In this document: positions 17,329 to 25,959 of the stretch, in pieces
Layout of the letters: every line of letters starts with the position of its first letter
How positions within the stretch are numbered: the first letter of the stretch is position 1
Assembly: GCA_964574595.1 (NCBI GenBank)
Contig: CAZNOF010000004.1
Location: 17,337 to 81,336 of the forward strand
From: an uncultured Pseudomonadales bacterium
Lineage (GTDB): Bacteria > Patescibacteriota > Microgenomatia > UBA1400 > PJMF01
DNA length: 64,000 nt
Direction: 5' to 3'
Program-made: the position numbers and the translations under genes
Notes under the pieces: generated by a model
Databases searched by the model: none
Told to the model about the DNA's origin: nothing
Seen by the model: the letters and a program-made list of their open reading frames with translations, nothing else

Positions 17329-19323
17329 TTAAACGTCTAACTCGGCTAATTTAGCATGAGTCTGAATAAATTTCTTGCGTGGTGGAACGTCGTCGCCCAT
17401 TAAGGTTTCAAAGACCTTGTCGGCGCGGTCAACGTCATCAATCGTGACTTGCTTCAACATTCTGGTTTCTGGATTCATGGTTGTCTCCCAGAGTTGCTCT
17501 GGGTTCATTTCTCCAAGACCTTTAAAGCGCTGGATAACTGGTTGTGCATTTGGATTTTTCTTCAAAATTTCATTGACTCGGTCATCTCTTTCTTGATCAG
17601 AGTAGACGTAGGTGTTTTCTTTGCCGTAGGCAATTTTGAACAATGGTGGCATGGCGATGTACAAGTATCCGCGGCGAATCACCTCTGGTAAGTGGCGATA
17701 GAAGAACGTCAAACCAAGCGTGGTAATGTGCTCTCCGTCCACGTCAGCATCGTTCATTAAAATGATTCGGTGATAGCGCATTTTATCTGGTTTGAAAGTT
17801 TCACCAATACCAGCACCTAAGGCCACAACTAAGTTCTTTAACTCTTCGAAAGCAATAATTTTATCAAGACGGGCTCGTTCGGTGTTTAAAATCTTGCCTC
17901 GAAGTGGGTAGACAGCCTGGAATCGACGGTCTCTCCCCTGTTTCACGGTACCACCGGCAGAGTCACCTTCTACGATATAGATTTCTGATTCAGAAGCTTC
18001 TTTACTCTGGCAGTCGGCTAGTTTACCAGGTAAGGTTGAGCCTTCTAAGGCTCCTTTGCGGATGACAGCGTCTTTAGCAGCGCGTGCAGCTAAACGAGCT
18101 CTGGCAGCCAACATGACTTTTTCGACGATTATACGAGCTGCTTTTGGATTCTCCTCGAGGAAAACTTCAAAACCATCTTTAAATACTTGATAAACGGCAG
18201 ATTGAGCTTCACTGTTGTTTAACTTACTCTTGGTCTGAGATTCAAACTGGATGTCATTGGATGGCATCTTGATGAAGACGACGGCGGTTAAACCTTCTCG
18301 TAAGTCTTCAGTGCTGAACAGTTCTTTTTCTTTAGCCAAGCCATTCTTTAAGGTGTAATCCTTCAAAACTTTGTTCAAACCCATTCGGAAACCGGTTAAG
18401 TGTGTTCCACCATCAGGGGTATTGATCACGTTGGCGTAACTTTCGACTTTTTCCACGTAGGAGTCGTTGTATTGCAAAGCCACTTCCACACCAATTTTCT
18501 TGCCGGAAACTTCATCGGTCCAAGTTCCAGAGGTATACACGACTTCGTGGAGAGGTTTTTTGGTCATGTTGATATGCTCAACGAGTGACCTGATACCACC
18601 TTCAAAGTAGAAGTGCTTGGAGAAGTTATGAACGGCGTCAGTGTATTGGAAGTAGAGACCAGCCATTAAGTAGGCACGATCTCGGATGACTTCGGTAATC
18701 ACTTTGGCATTAAACAACGTAGTAGAGAAAATTGATTTGTCTGGTTCAAAATAGACTAATGTACCAGTTTCATACTTGATGAAATCTTTGGTTTGGAGTG
18801 GGAACATTTCCACGACTTTAGCTTCTGGAATTTCTTTGACTTTGGCTTTTGGGGCACCAATTTGGTACTCCTGGAAGTAATACTTTTCGTCGCGCTTCAC
18901 GACGACTTGCATCAAGATTGATAAGGCGTTCACTGCGGCAGCACCTACACCGTGCAGACCACCAGATGCTTGATAGGCGGTTTCTTCAAACTTACCACCG
19001 GCATGTAAAGTCGTTAACACAACTTGCATGGCAGAGACGCCCATTTTTGGATGAATATCAACTGGAATACCACGGCCGTTATCGACCACAGTAATGCCGC
19101 CTTCTTCAGGTGCACCGTCTTTGATTGGAGTGTGATAAAGTTGAATTACCTTGCCGTATCCAGCTAAAGCCTCATCGACAGCGTTGTCCATGATTTCTTT
19201 AACCAAGTGGTGCAAACCACGGCCATCAGTCGAGCCGATGTACATACCCGGTCTTTTTCGGACTGGTTCTAGCCCTTCTAGGACTTTAATTTCGGCTGCT
19301 TTGTATTGGTTGGTAACTGGCAT
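17329..19323 (-). CDS. gyrB: DNA gyrase subunit B
   Basis: GHKL ATPase motifs (GLHHLVKEIMDNAVDEA, GLHGVGAAAVNALS). Toprim motifs EGDSAGG and PLRGKILN. Confidence 0.9.
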   Translation of the reverse strand: MPVTNQYKAAEIKVLEGLEPVRKRPGMYIGSTDGRGLHHLVKEIMDNAVDEALAGYGKVIQLYHTPIKDGAPEEGGITVVDNGRGIPVDIHPKMGVSAMQVVLTTLHAGGKFEETAYQASGGLHGVGAAAVNALSILMQVVVKRDEKYYFQEYQIGAPKAKVKEIPEAKVVEMFPLQTKDFIKYETGTLVYFEPDKSIFSTTLFNAKVITEVIRDRAYLMAGLYFQYTDAVHNFSKHFYFEGGIRSLVEHINMTKKPLHEVVYTSGTWTDEVSGKKIGVEVALQYNDSYVEKVESYANVINTPDGGTHLTGFRMGLNKVLKDYTLKNGLAKEKELFSTEDLREGLTAVVFIKMPSNDIQFESQTKSKLNNSEAQSAVYQVFKDGFEVFLEENPKAARIIVEKVMLAARARLAARAAKDAVIRKGALEGSTLPGKLADCQSKEASESEIYIVEGDSAGGTVKQGRDRRFQAVYPLRGKILNTERARLDKIIAFEELKNLVVALGAGIGETFKPDKMRYHRIILMNDADVDGEHITTLGLTFFYRHLPEVIRRGYLYIAMPPLFKIAYGKENTYVYSDQERDDRVNEILKKNPNAQPVIQRFKGLGEMNPEQLWETTMNPETRMLKQVTIDDVDRADKVFETLMGDDVPPRKKFIQTHAKLAELDV

Positions 19324-19427
19324 ATGCGTAAGAACTGTAATGATACCTTGATTTAATTTACTTGTCGAACCCTTTAAGAGACCCCTAGTTTTAGCAGAAA
19401 GTCAGCCAATCTGCAACAGAGAATGGA

Positions 19428-20120
19428 TCAAACGGCTTTAAACTGAAACAATAAATTCTCAAGAACTAGCCGAGTATTCACGTTTTTATTGAGGTAATCA
19501 ATTGAAACGAGTGTCTGCTGGAGCAGTTTCACATTTTTGCCGCTGGGTGTACGCATATTAACGCTGTGGAGTTCAACAAGCAACTCTTTCAAAAAGTCAT
19601 TGGCTTCTGTTTTTTCTTTATATTTGCCAGCCATTTCCATCAAATCTGTATATGAAGCCGAGCTAAATGTATCAAGATGAGCTGTGGCAGTTTTGCTAGC
19701 GCCTTTGTCAAGTTCAATGGCTGAGCACCTCGATAAAATGGTGGGTAGAACGCGCTGAATATTCGATGTAGTTAGGATGAATTGAACGTGAGCCGGCGGT
19801 TCTTCCAATGATTTTAAGAGGGCATTTTGAGCTGGAACAGATGCCAGTTCAATCTTACAAATGACGAAAATAGCCTGTTTGGCCTCCCCCATTCCTTCGT
19901 ACGGCCGCATCACCATTTCTCCACCCATGTCTCTGACCTGCTCAATAGACATCGCCCCAAATTCTTCAGGAACAGTATCTGGATTTAACCAGTGCAGATC
20001 TGGATTTTTCAATAGATCATGCTCAGAAAGATTGTATTTTTTTGCCAAAAACGCCGTCACCTGACTCACATGAGAGGCAGAATCATTACATTGCAGAAGA
20101 AGCGAGATATTCGATGGCAT
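19428..20120 (-). CDS. holB: DNA polymerase III delta-prime subunit-like, short form lacking a P-loop
   Basis: NALLKSLEEPP...FILTT...LPTILSRC matches the sensor-1 and SRC motifs of clamp-loader delta'. No Walker A. Confidence 0.6.
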   Translation of the reverse strand: MPSNISLLLQCNDSASHVSQVTAFLAKKYNLSEHDLLKNPDLHWLNPDTVPEEFGAMSIEQVRDMGGEMVMRPYEGMGEAKQAIFVICKIELASVPAQNALLKSLEEPPAHVQFILTTSNIQRVLPTILSRCSAIELDKGASKTATAHLDTFSSASYTDLMEMAGKYKEKTEANDFLKELLVELHSVNMRTPSGKNVKLLQQTLVSIDYLNKNVNTRLVLENLLFQFKAV

Positions 20121-20173
20121 TGGATAGTCAAAGTATACAGTAGGAGAAAGACGAGAGGAGGTATAATTAGTGG

Positions 20174-20623
20174 ATGAAACTGAATCAGATTCTTAACAAA
20201 AGGTATGAAAGTGTGATTCTGGATAGGGTTTTGGATTTTATAAAGAATCTTCTCGAAAACTTCATAATTTACGCATTGCTGACTTTTGCAATTAAATTAT
20301 TTTTAATCATTAATTTCTTGAGTTCCATATTTACCATAAGCTACTTTTCAGTTGCTTTTTATCTTGGAGATTTTATAGAGAATTTTTATTACTTAACACT
20401 TTTTACTTTATTTTTAATTCCAATAGTGGATGTCCCACTGTTCTCGTTGGTCTATCTTCATAACAGTAAAAAAGAAAGAACCGTTAAAAATTGGTTACTG
20501 GCTTTTATTGCTGGTTTAATTGGGGGTGTATTGGTAATTTTTCTTACTATTGTAGTTTTATACCTTTTGGTTCAACTTTTATTGTCGGGATATTTGAAAA
20601 CATCTTACCAATTAACTAAGTAA
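20174..20623 (+). CDS. small integral membrane protein, paralog 1 of 3
   Basis: 3-4 predicted TM helices. Conserved block YLTLFTLFLIPIVDVPLFSLVYLHNSKK....LLAFIAGLIGGVLVIF is shared with the next two ORFs. Confidence 0.5.
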   Translation: MKLNQILNKRYESVILDRVLDFIKNLLENFIIYALLTFAIKLFLIINFLSSIFTISYFSVAFYLGDFIENFYYLTLFTLFLIPIVDVPLFSLVYLHNSKKERTVKNWLLAFIAGLIGGVLVIFLTIVVLYLLVQLLLSGYLKTSYQLTK

Positions 20624-20658
20624 GAACAGGATATGCATCTGCTATATCATTTTTTAAA

Positions 20659-21027
20659 GTGTTGTCCGAATATCTAAAGAGAGGTTTCTTTATTTTTCTG
20701 ATCTGCAGAATCTTATTAATTATAATAGTCGCGGGTCTGTTCGGATCAAACGTTTTTGATAATGTTCATTTATTTGGTGATTTCCTACTGGATATTTATT
20801 ATTTGGTTCTTTTTTCCTTAGTTCTAGTTCCATTGTTAGATGTTCCATTTTTTAGCTATCTGTTTTTTAAAACCAGTAAGCCAAATCGATTAGGGCATGT
20901 TCTACTGGCAGTTATGCAGGGAGTTTTAGCTGGATTATTGGTTGTAGTCATAACAATAGTTATTAATCTTGTTACGAGTTATATTATTAGTCCGACTTTT
21001 TTTCCACATACCTTTACGGGATCTTAA
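20659..21027 (+). CDS. small integral membrane protein, paralog 2 of 3
   Basis: YLVLFSLVLVPLLDVPFFSYLFFKTSKPNRLGHVLLAVMQGVLAGLLVVV is homologous to paralog 1. A hairpin terminator lies at about 21035..21060. Confidence 0.5.
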   Translation: MLSEYLKRGFFIFLICRILLIIIVAGLFGSNVFDNVHLFGDFLLDIYYLVLFSLVLVPLLDVPFFSYLFFKTSKPNRLGHVLLAVMQGVLAGLLVVVITIVINLVTSYIISPTFFPHTFTGS

Positions 21028-21054
21028 AAAAATAGGGCGCTCTTTTAAAGAACG

Positions 21055-21140
21055 CCCTTTAACTTCGATCACGTTGAATACTGAGTTTTGCTCCATCTGA
21101 AAAGACAAGCTTGCACTAGCACTTGGGCCTGACCGAGTTG
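21055..21140 (-). pseudogene. decayed roughly 80-nt fragment of the SH3b-repeat gene
   Basis: About 85% nt identity to 22318..22400 and 22638..22720 inside the 21632..23551 CDS. A 2-nt deletion and an in-frame TAG are present relative to the intact copies. Confidence 0.45.
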
Positions 21141-21164
21141 TTAATCGTTTTATGAATAAGAACC

Positions 21165-21548
21165 GTGCTAAAATTAGTTATGAACATAAGCAAAAAAATT
21201 GAGTCAAGTAAGTTTAAATATTCTATTTACGGCGCTTTGGCCACATATCTAGCAATCATTTTTAAAATAGTGATTTTCTTACTAGTAGGTGGAATATTTA
21301 ATCTAACTGTACTAATTAAGCCCTTTTATATGGCACTGACTTTTGCTGCTTATTTCTATTGGTGGATTTCACTTCCTGCTGTATTTTCTACTGTTTTTAC
21401 AGTAATTAAGGAAAAAAAATCTAAACTTTTATTTAAAAACATTATTTTTAATGCATTTTTTGCTGTTCTCTTTACGCTTCTTGCGGGGACAATCTTATTC
21501 GTTATAGGAATGATTCCAGTGCTTCTAGTCCCAGGATTTAGTCCGTAA
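21165..21548 (+). CDS. small integral membrane protein, paralog 3 of 3
   Basis: Four hydrophobic helices with the same organisation as paralogs 1 and 2. Confidence 0.45.
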   Translation: MLKLVMNISKKIESSKFKYSIYGALATYLAIIFKIVIFLLVGGIFNLTVLIKPFYMALTFAAYFYWWISLPAVFSTVFTVIKEKKSKLLFKNIIFNAFFAVLFTLLAGTILFVIGMIPVLLVPGFSP

Positions 21549-21555
21549 TTTATAT

Positions 21556-21584
21556 AGGAGGCGTTTGATAATCAAACGCCTCCT
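21556..21584. terminator. bidirectional intrinsic terminator between convergent genes
   Basis: Perfect 13-bp stem AGGAGGCGTTTGA-taa-TCAAACGCCTCCT. Confidence 0.6.
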
Positions 21585-21631
21585 AATGAGGTAAACCTCC
21601 TTAAAAAGAAAGACGAATGCTGACGTTACCG

Positions 21632-23551
21632 TTAATATAGCCCTTGAGTTCGTGCAACATCATCCAGATTAGATATACTCAAGCTGAGTTTGCTTAAAGC
21701 TAACCCAACATTTCTCTGTGCAATATCATCTGGATTATCTGTGAATCTCCAACCCTCATGGGCTTGCAAAGATGCAAGTGTTTGATCCGTGTTGGCAATT
21801 CCATTTTGCCAGTAAATGTTGATTCCAAGATCAGTCATAAAATAGCCATAGGCTATATTGCCTACCCCAGAAAGATCCATAACCTTGGTTCCAACTGAGT
21901 AACGTATTCTGGATTTGCAGCTGTCAAACCCATGAATGCTTTGTTTACAGACTGCGTTGACTACTATGTCCTTGTTTTTATTGGAATCTCCTCCTATAGG
22001 GACAGCATAGAAGTAAAAAATCGTTCGCTGCACATCCATGTTCTGCCCGCTCAGTTTATTCTTCAATTTCTGAAGTTCATTGACCGTAAATTCATCTCCG
22101 TTAACGATTAATTCGTTTGCGGAGTCGTAAACAAAATTGAACCATGATCCATCAACTACCTGAACACTAATGATTAGGTTCTGACTTGAAGCTGACTGAC
22201 TCTGTCCCTCCCCTGCATATGCAACCCAGTTTTGGGCAGCGTTACCTTCTGCTGTCCAGCCGATTTGACCATTGTAGCTGATCTGCCACCAGCGGAATCC
22301 TTCTGCGCACTGAGGGCCACCGATCACGGTGAATACCGAGTTTTGCTCCATTTGGAAAGATAAGCTTGCACTAGCACTTGGACTGGATCGAACGTTGTTC
22401 TTTGGTCCGGGTAAAACTTTGCCAAGATTGCCGACGGCAAATGGTGCACGTGTATTACAGGCTGCTTCTGTGCTTTGGCCAGCATTACTGTTACTTGGAC
22501 CTTGTGGTTGAGAAGAACCTGATGAGCCTGAACCACGAGATACAGTTTGTATCCAGTTTGTTGAGCCATCACCTTCAGCCGTCCAACCAATTGTTCCCTT
22601 GAAGTTCACTTGCCACCAACGTAGGCCATCACTGCAAGCTGGTCCTCCGATCACGGTGAACTGACTGCCTTGTGACATCTTCGTCAGATAGATAGAACCT
22701 TTACTTGGGCCTGACCGAATGTTGTTCGGGTCTCCCGGAAGCACTACCGCTGTGTCACCAACTGAAACCAAACCACCACCACAAGATGGATCTGCATTGG
22801 AGTTGTTATTACTTCCGCTGTTTCCGCCATTGTTTTGGTTTTGATTGTTCTGATTGTTGTTCCCACTATTCGAGTTGTTGTTATTGTTATTTGAACTCCC
22901 CGAATTGGAATTGGTGTTTTCTGGCGCAACATATGTTGGTTGGGCGTTGCACGTCCAAGAATTGCGGTCACCGGCATTGTTAAGGCCGGGATATGGTAGT
23001 GCGCCACCGTATTGCCATGCACAAACTTCTTCGACTGTAAAACGGACTTCTTGATCTCCGCCTGCACAAAATAAGTCGTGTGCGTTCGCCGGATTGCCGC
23101 CAACCCGATCTAGATTTTTGCTGTTTTTACAAAAACCAGTGAAATCAGCTCCTCCTGTTTGAGGAGACTGACCCGGTGATGAGTTGCCTGATGAAATAAC
23201 GTTCACACTTTGGCATCGTTCTTCAGACTGAGCCTGCTGTTCACTCTGGCCATCGCGTTGAGCTACAGAGCAAATCGTTAAGGTGCCGAGTCCCCATTCA
23301 TTCGTCTTGATGGTGGAAGTGTGTTCCGGTCCACCAAAGTCGTTGAAATGCGGATCACTGCGCTGAGTGCCACGAATATCGAGCCAAGTTCTTGCTTGAA
23401 AGTCTGCTTTGACATACACATTGAGTATCGTGTCATCAGTGACGGTTCCGTTTGGACTGATATCAAATCGATACTCCGCCAGAACCAAACTTGCTGGTGC
23501 CAAAAGCACCGCTAACAGAAACAAGATACCGAGTCTACCAATCTTAGACAT
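21632..23551 (-). CDS. secreted modular protein: signal peptide, unknown N-domain, Asn-rich linker, two SH3b (SH3_3)-like domains, unknown C-terminal domain of about 200 aa
   Basis: Signal peptide MSKIGRLGILFLLAVLLAPASLVLA. Two copies of G..V.P.....RS.PS.....L.......FTVIGGP.C..G.RWWQ....G.IGWTAEG. Poly-Asn linker. An internal roughly 250-nt DNA repeat. Confidence 0.6.
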   Translation of the reverse strand: MSKIGRLGILFLLAVLLAPASLVLAEYRFDISPNGTVTDDTILNVYVKADFQARTWLDIRGTQRSDPHFNDFGGPEHTSTIKTNEWGLGTLTICSVAQRDGQSEQQAQSEERCQSVNVISSGNSSPGQSPQTGGADFTGFCKNSKNLDRVGGNPANAHDLFCAGGDQEVRFTVEEVCAWQYGGALPYPGLNNAGDRNSWTCNAQPTYVAPENTNSNSGSSNNNNNNSNSGNNNQNNQNQNNGGNSGSNNNSNADPSCGGGLVSVGDTAVVLPGDPNNIRSGPSKGSIYLTKMSQGSQFTVIGGPACSDGLRWWQVNFKGTIGWTAEGDGSTNWIQTVSRGSGSSGSSQPQGPSNSNAGQSTEAACNTRAPFAVGNLGKVLPGPKNNVRSSPSASASLSFQMEQNSVFTVIGGPQCAEGFRWWQISYNGQIGWTAEGNAAQNWVAYAGEGQSQSASSQNLIISVQVVDGSWFNFVYDSANELIVNGDEFTVNELQKLKNKLSGQNMDVQRTIFYFYAVPIGGDSNKNKDIVVNAVCKQSIHGFDSCKSRIRYSVGTKVMDLSGVGNIAYGYFMTDLGINIYWQNGIANTDQTLASLQAHEGWRFTDNPDDIAQRNVGLALSKLSLSISNLDDVARTQGLY

Positions 23552-23737
23552 GTTCCTTTTCCTTTATCTATACTCATTCGTCTTCACTTGTTAAGTTTCT
23601 CCGTTACGTAAGTAGTATTCGTCGCAAAAATGACCATCACTACTCGATGTAAAGGTGTCATATTGTATCACTATTTCTTAATTATGGGATACTTATTTAC
23701 CACTTGTTACGTAACACCTTTAACCCGCTAATCGTGA

Positions 23738-25954
23738 TTGAAGATTGAAATTTTCCTCAAAACAGTGAAGAATGGATATATTAGTTCTATGATCGATCCT
23801 GCCCAGACACAACCAGCCCTCACCGTGCCAGTTACGCCGATGATTTCGGTGACTCCGAGTGCGCAAAATACGGCTGCTCCTGCAACTTCACCAGCGTCCA
23901 CTTCAATTCCTGAGTCCAAGCCAACTTCTTTAACTGATGCTCCAGTACCTGATTTACGAGAAACCTCCTCTCTGAATGAGCCGGCAAAATCGACAGATGC
24001 TCCTATCGAAATTCAAGCAACGTCACTCGATTCAGCGGAAGATTTGCCAGCAGGTTTATCTATGTCTCCCGCAGCCCAAAATGATCAAGCCGCGAAAGAT
24101 ACGGTGGCTGATTTACCAACCATCTCACCTGTATCTGGAGATGATGCTAAAGCCAAAGCACCTGTGCCAGAAACCTTGCCAACTATGCCGTTGGCTCCTA
24201 TGCCTGATCAACCCAGTCCAGCTTCAACCGGAAGCTCCGTTTTAGATATTCTAAAAGAACAAGGTGCTTTAACTGGTGAACAAGTTGAGAACTTGGAACT
24301 GGAAGAAGCCAATACCGGTAAACCCATTGAGACGTTATTAGAAGAAAAGAATATTGTGACTGATTCCGTGCTGACTCAAGCTCGTGCCAAACTCTACAAC
24401 TTACCGTTTGCTCAACTAGCTGAGATTGGTGTCTCTCCAGAAGCCATCAGTTTAATTCCAGAGAGTGTAGCGCATCGTTATCAAATTCTGCCTTTTATGG
24501 TCAATAAACAAGATCGTGTCTTGTCAGTGGCCATGAAGAACCCACTCGATTTGTCGGCGATTGATTTTGTGGAGAAAAAAACTGGTTATAAGATTGTGCC
24601 CTACTTTGCCACGCCACAAGAAATTGCTCAAACAATTGCCGAGCGCTACGCCCAAAATTTATCAACGGAAGTAGATGAAGCCTTAAAAGAAACCAAGTTA
24701 GCGACCAATGAACGCAATTTAGATAACTTGTCAGTTTTGTCAAAAGAGGTGATCCGAGAAGCGCCTATCACCAAGATCGTGGAAACAATTTTGGGCTATG
24801 CCGTCAAAGCTCGGGCGTCTGACGTCCACATTGAGCCACAAGAAGACAGAACCAGAATTCGGTATCGTATCGATGGTATTTTGGGCGAGAAGCTGATCTT
24901 GCCAAGATCTGTGCATGATGCCGTTCTCTCTCGCGTCAAGATTTTATCGGACATGAAAATTGACGAGAAAAGAATTCCTCAGGATGGTCGGTTTACCTTT
25001 GTGGCAGATGGTGAAGAAGTTGACTTGCGTGTCTCTACTCTGCCCACTGTCCACGGCGAAAAAGTGGTCATGCGGTTATTGAAAAAGAACGCGGCAATTC
25101 CAAGTTTGGAAGAGCTCGGAATGTGGGGGCAAGGTTTACGAGATGTCCAAGAATCAATTAAAATTCCTCACGGAATTGTGCTAATTACCGGTCCAACAGG
25201 ATCTGGAAAAACTACTACCCTGTACTCTATCTTGCACATTCTCAACACAGCCAAAGTGAACATCTCTACCCTAGAAGATCCAGTTGAGTATCAGATTCCT
25301 GGAGTCAATCAGGTTCAGATTAATCCACAAGCGGGTTTGACGTTCGCATCAGGATTACGTGCTTTCTTACGTCAGGACCCAAACATCATCATGGTGGGAG
25401 AAATTCGGGATATGGAAACGGCGGATCTGGCTATTCAGGCTTCTTTGACCGGTCACTTAGTCTTCTCTACTTTACACACCAACTCAGCTGCGGGAGCTTT
25501 ACCTCGGTTAATGGATATGGGTGCCGAGCCGTTCTTAGTGGCCTCATCATTGACACTCTCTTTGGGTCAACGTGTGGTGAGAACCTTAAACCCTGAGTAC
25601 ACCGAAGAGTACAAACCAGAACAAGTGGTGATCGATGACATTAAAAATGTGTTAGGTCCTCAATTTGCTGCCTGGTGCACCAGAAATAAAAAAGATCCAA
25701 ATGATATCCGATTATATCGTGCTAAGAAGGATCGACCATCTACTGAACCAGATTACAAAGGTCGGATGGCCATCTTTGAGGTGCTGCGAATCAATGAAGA
25801 AATTAGTACCATGATTCTTGAAAAGAAACCGGCCACAGAAATTGAGAAAGTTGCATTAAAAAATGGTATGCTTTTAATGAAGCAGGACGGTTACTTAAAA
25901 GCGTTAGAAGGAAAAACAACCATCGAAGAAGTCCTTCGTGTGGCTGACATTTAA
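23738..25954 (+). CDS. pilB: type IV pilus assembly ATPase PilB (GspE family) with an N-terminal Pro/Ser/Thr/Ala-rich extension of about 170 aa
   Basis: T2SSE_N-like domain. Walker A GPTGSGKTTTL. Asp/His boxes. MVGEIRDMETADLAIQASLTGHLVFSTLHTNSAAGA. Confidence 0.85.
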   Translation: MKIEIFLKTVKNGYISSMIDPAQTQPALTVPVTPMISVTPSAQNTAAPATSPASTSIPESKPTSLTDAPVPDLRETSSLNEPAKSTDAPIEIQATSLDSAEDLPAGLSMSPAAQNDQAAKDTVADLPTISPVSGDDAKAKAPVPETLPTMPLAPMPDQPSPASTGSSVLDILKEQGALTGEQVENLELEEANTGKPIETLLEEKNIVTDSVLTQARAKLYNLPFAQLAEIGVSPEAISLIPESVAHRYQILPFMVNKQDRVLSVAMKNPLDLSAIDFVEKKTGYKIVPYFATPQEIAQTIAERYAQNLSTEVDEALKETKLATNERNLDNLSVLSKEVIREAPITKIVETILGYAVKARASDVHIEPQEDRTRIRYRIDGILGEKLILPRSVHDAVLSRVKILSDMKIDEKRIPQDGRFTFVADGEEVDLRVSTLPTVHGEKVVMRLLKKNAAIPSLEELGMWGQGLRDVQESIKIPHGIVLITGPTGSGKTTTLYSILHILNTAKVNISTLEDPVEYQIPGVNQVQINPQAGLTFASGLRAFLRQDPNIIMVGEIRDMETADLAIQASLTGHLVFSTLHTNSAAGALPRLMDMGAEPFLVASSLTLSLGQRVVRTLNPEYTEEYKPEQVVIDDIKNVLGPQFAAWCTRNKKDPNDIRLYRAKKDRPSTEPDYKGRMAIFEVLRINEEISTMILEKKPATEIEKVALKNGMLLMKQDGYLKALEGKTTIEEVLRVADI

Positions 25955-25959
25955 ACATT

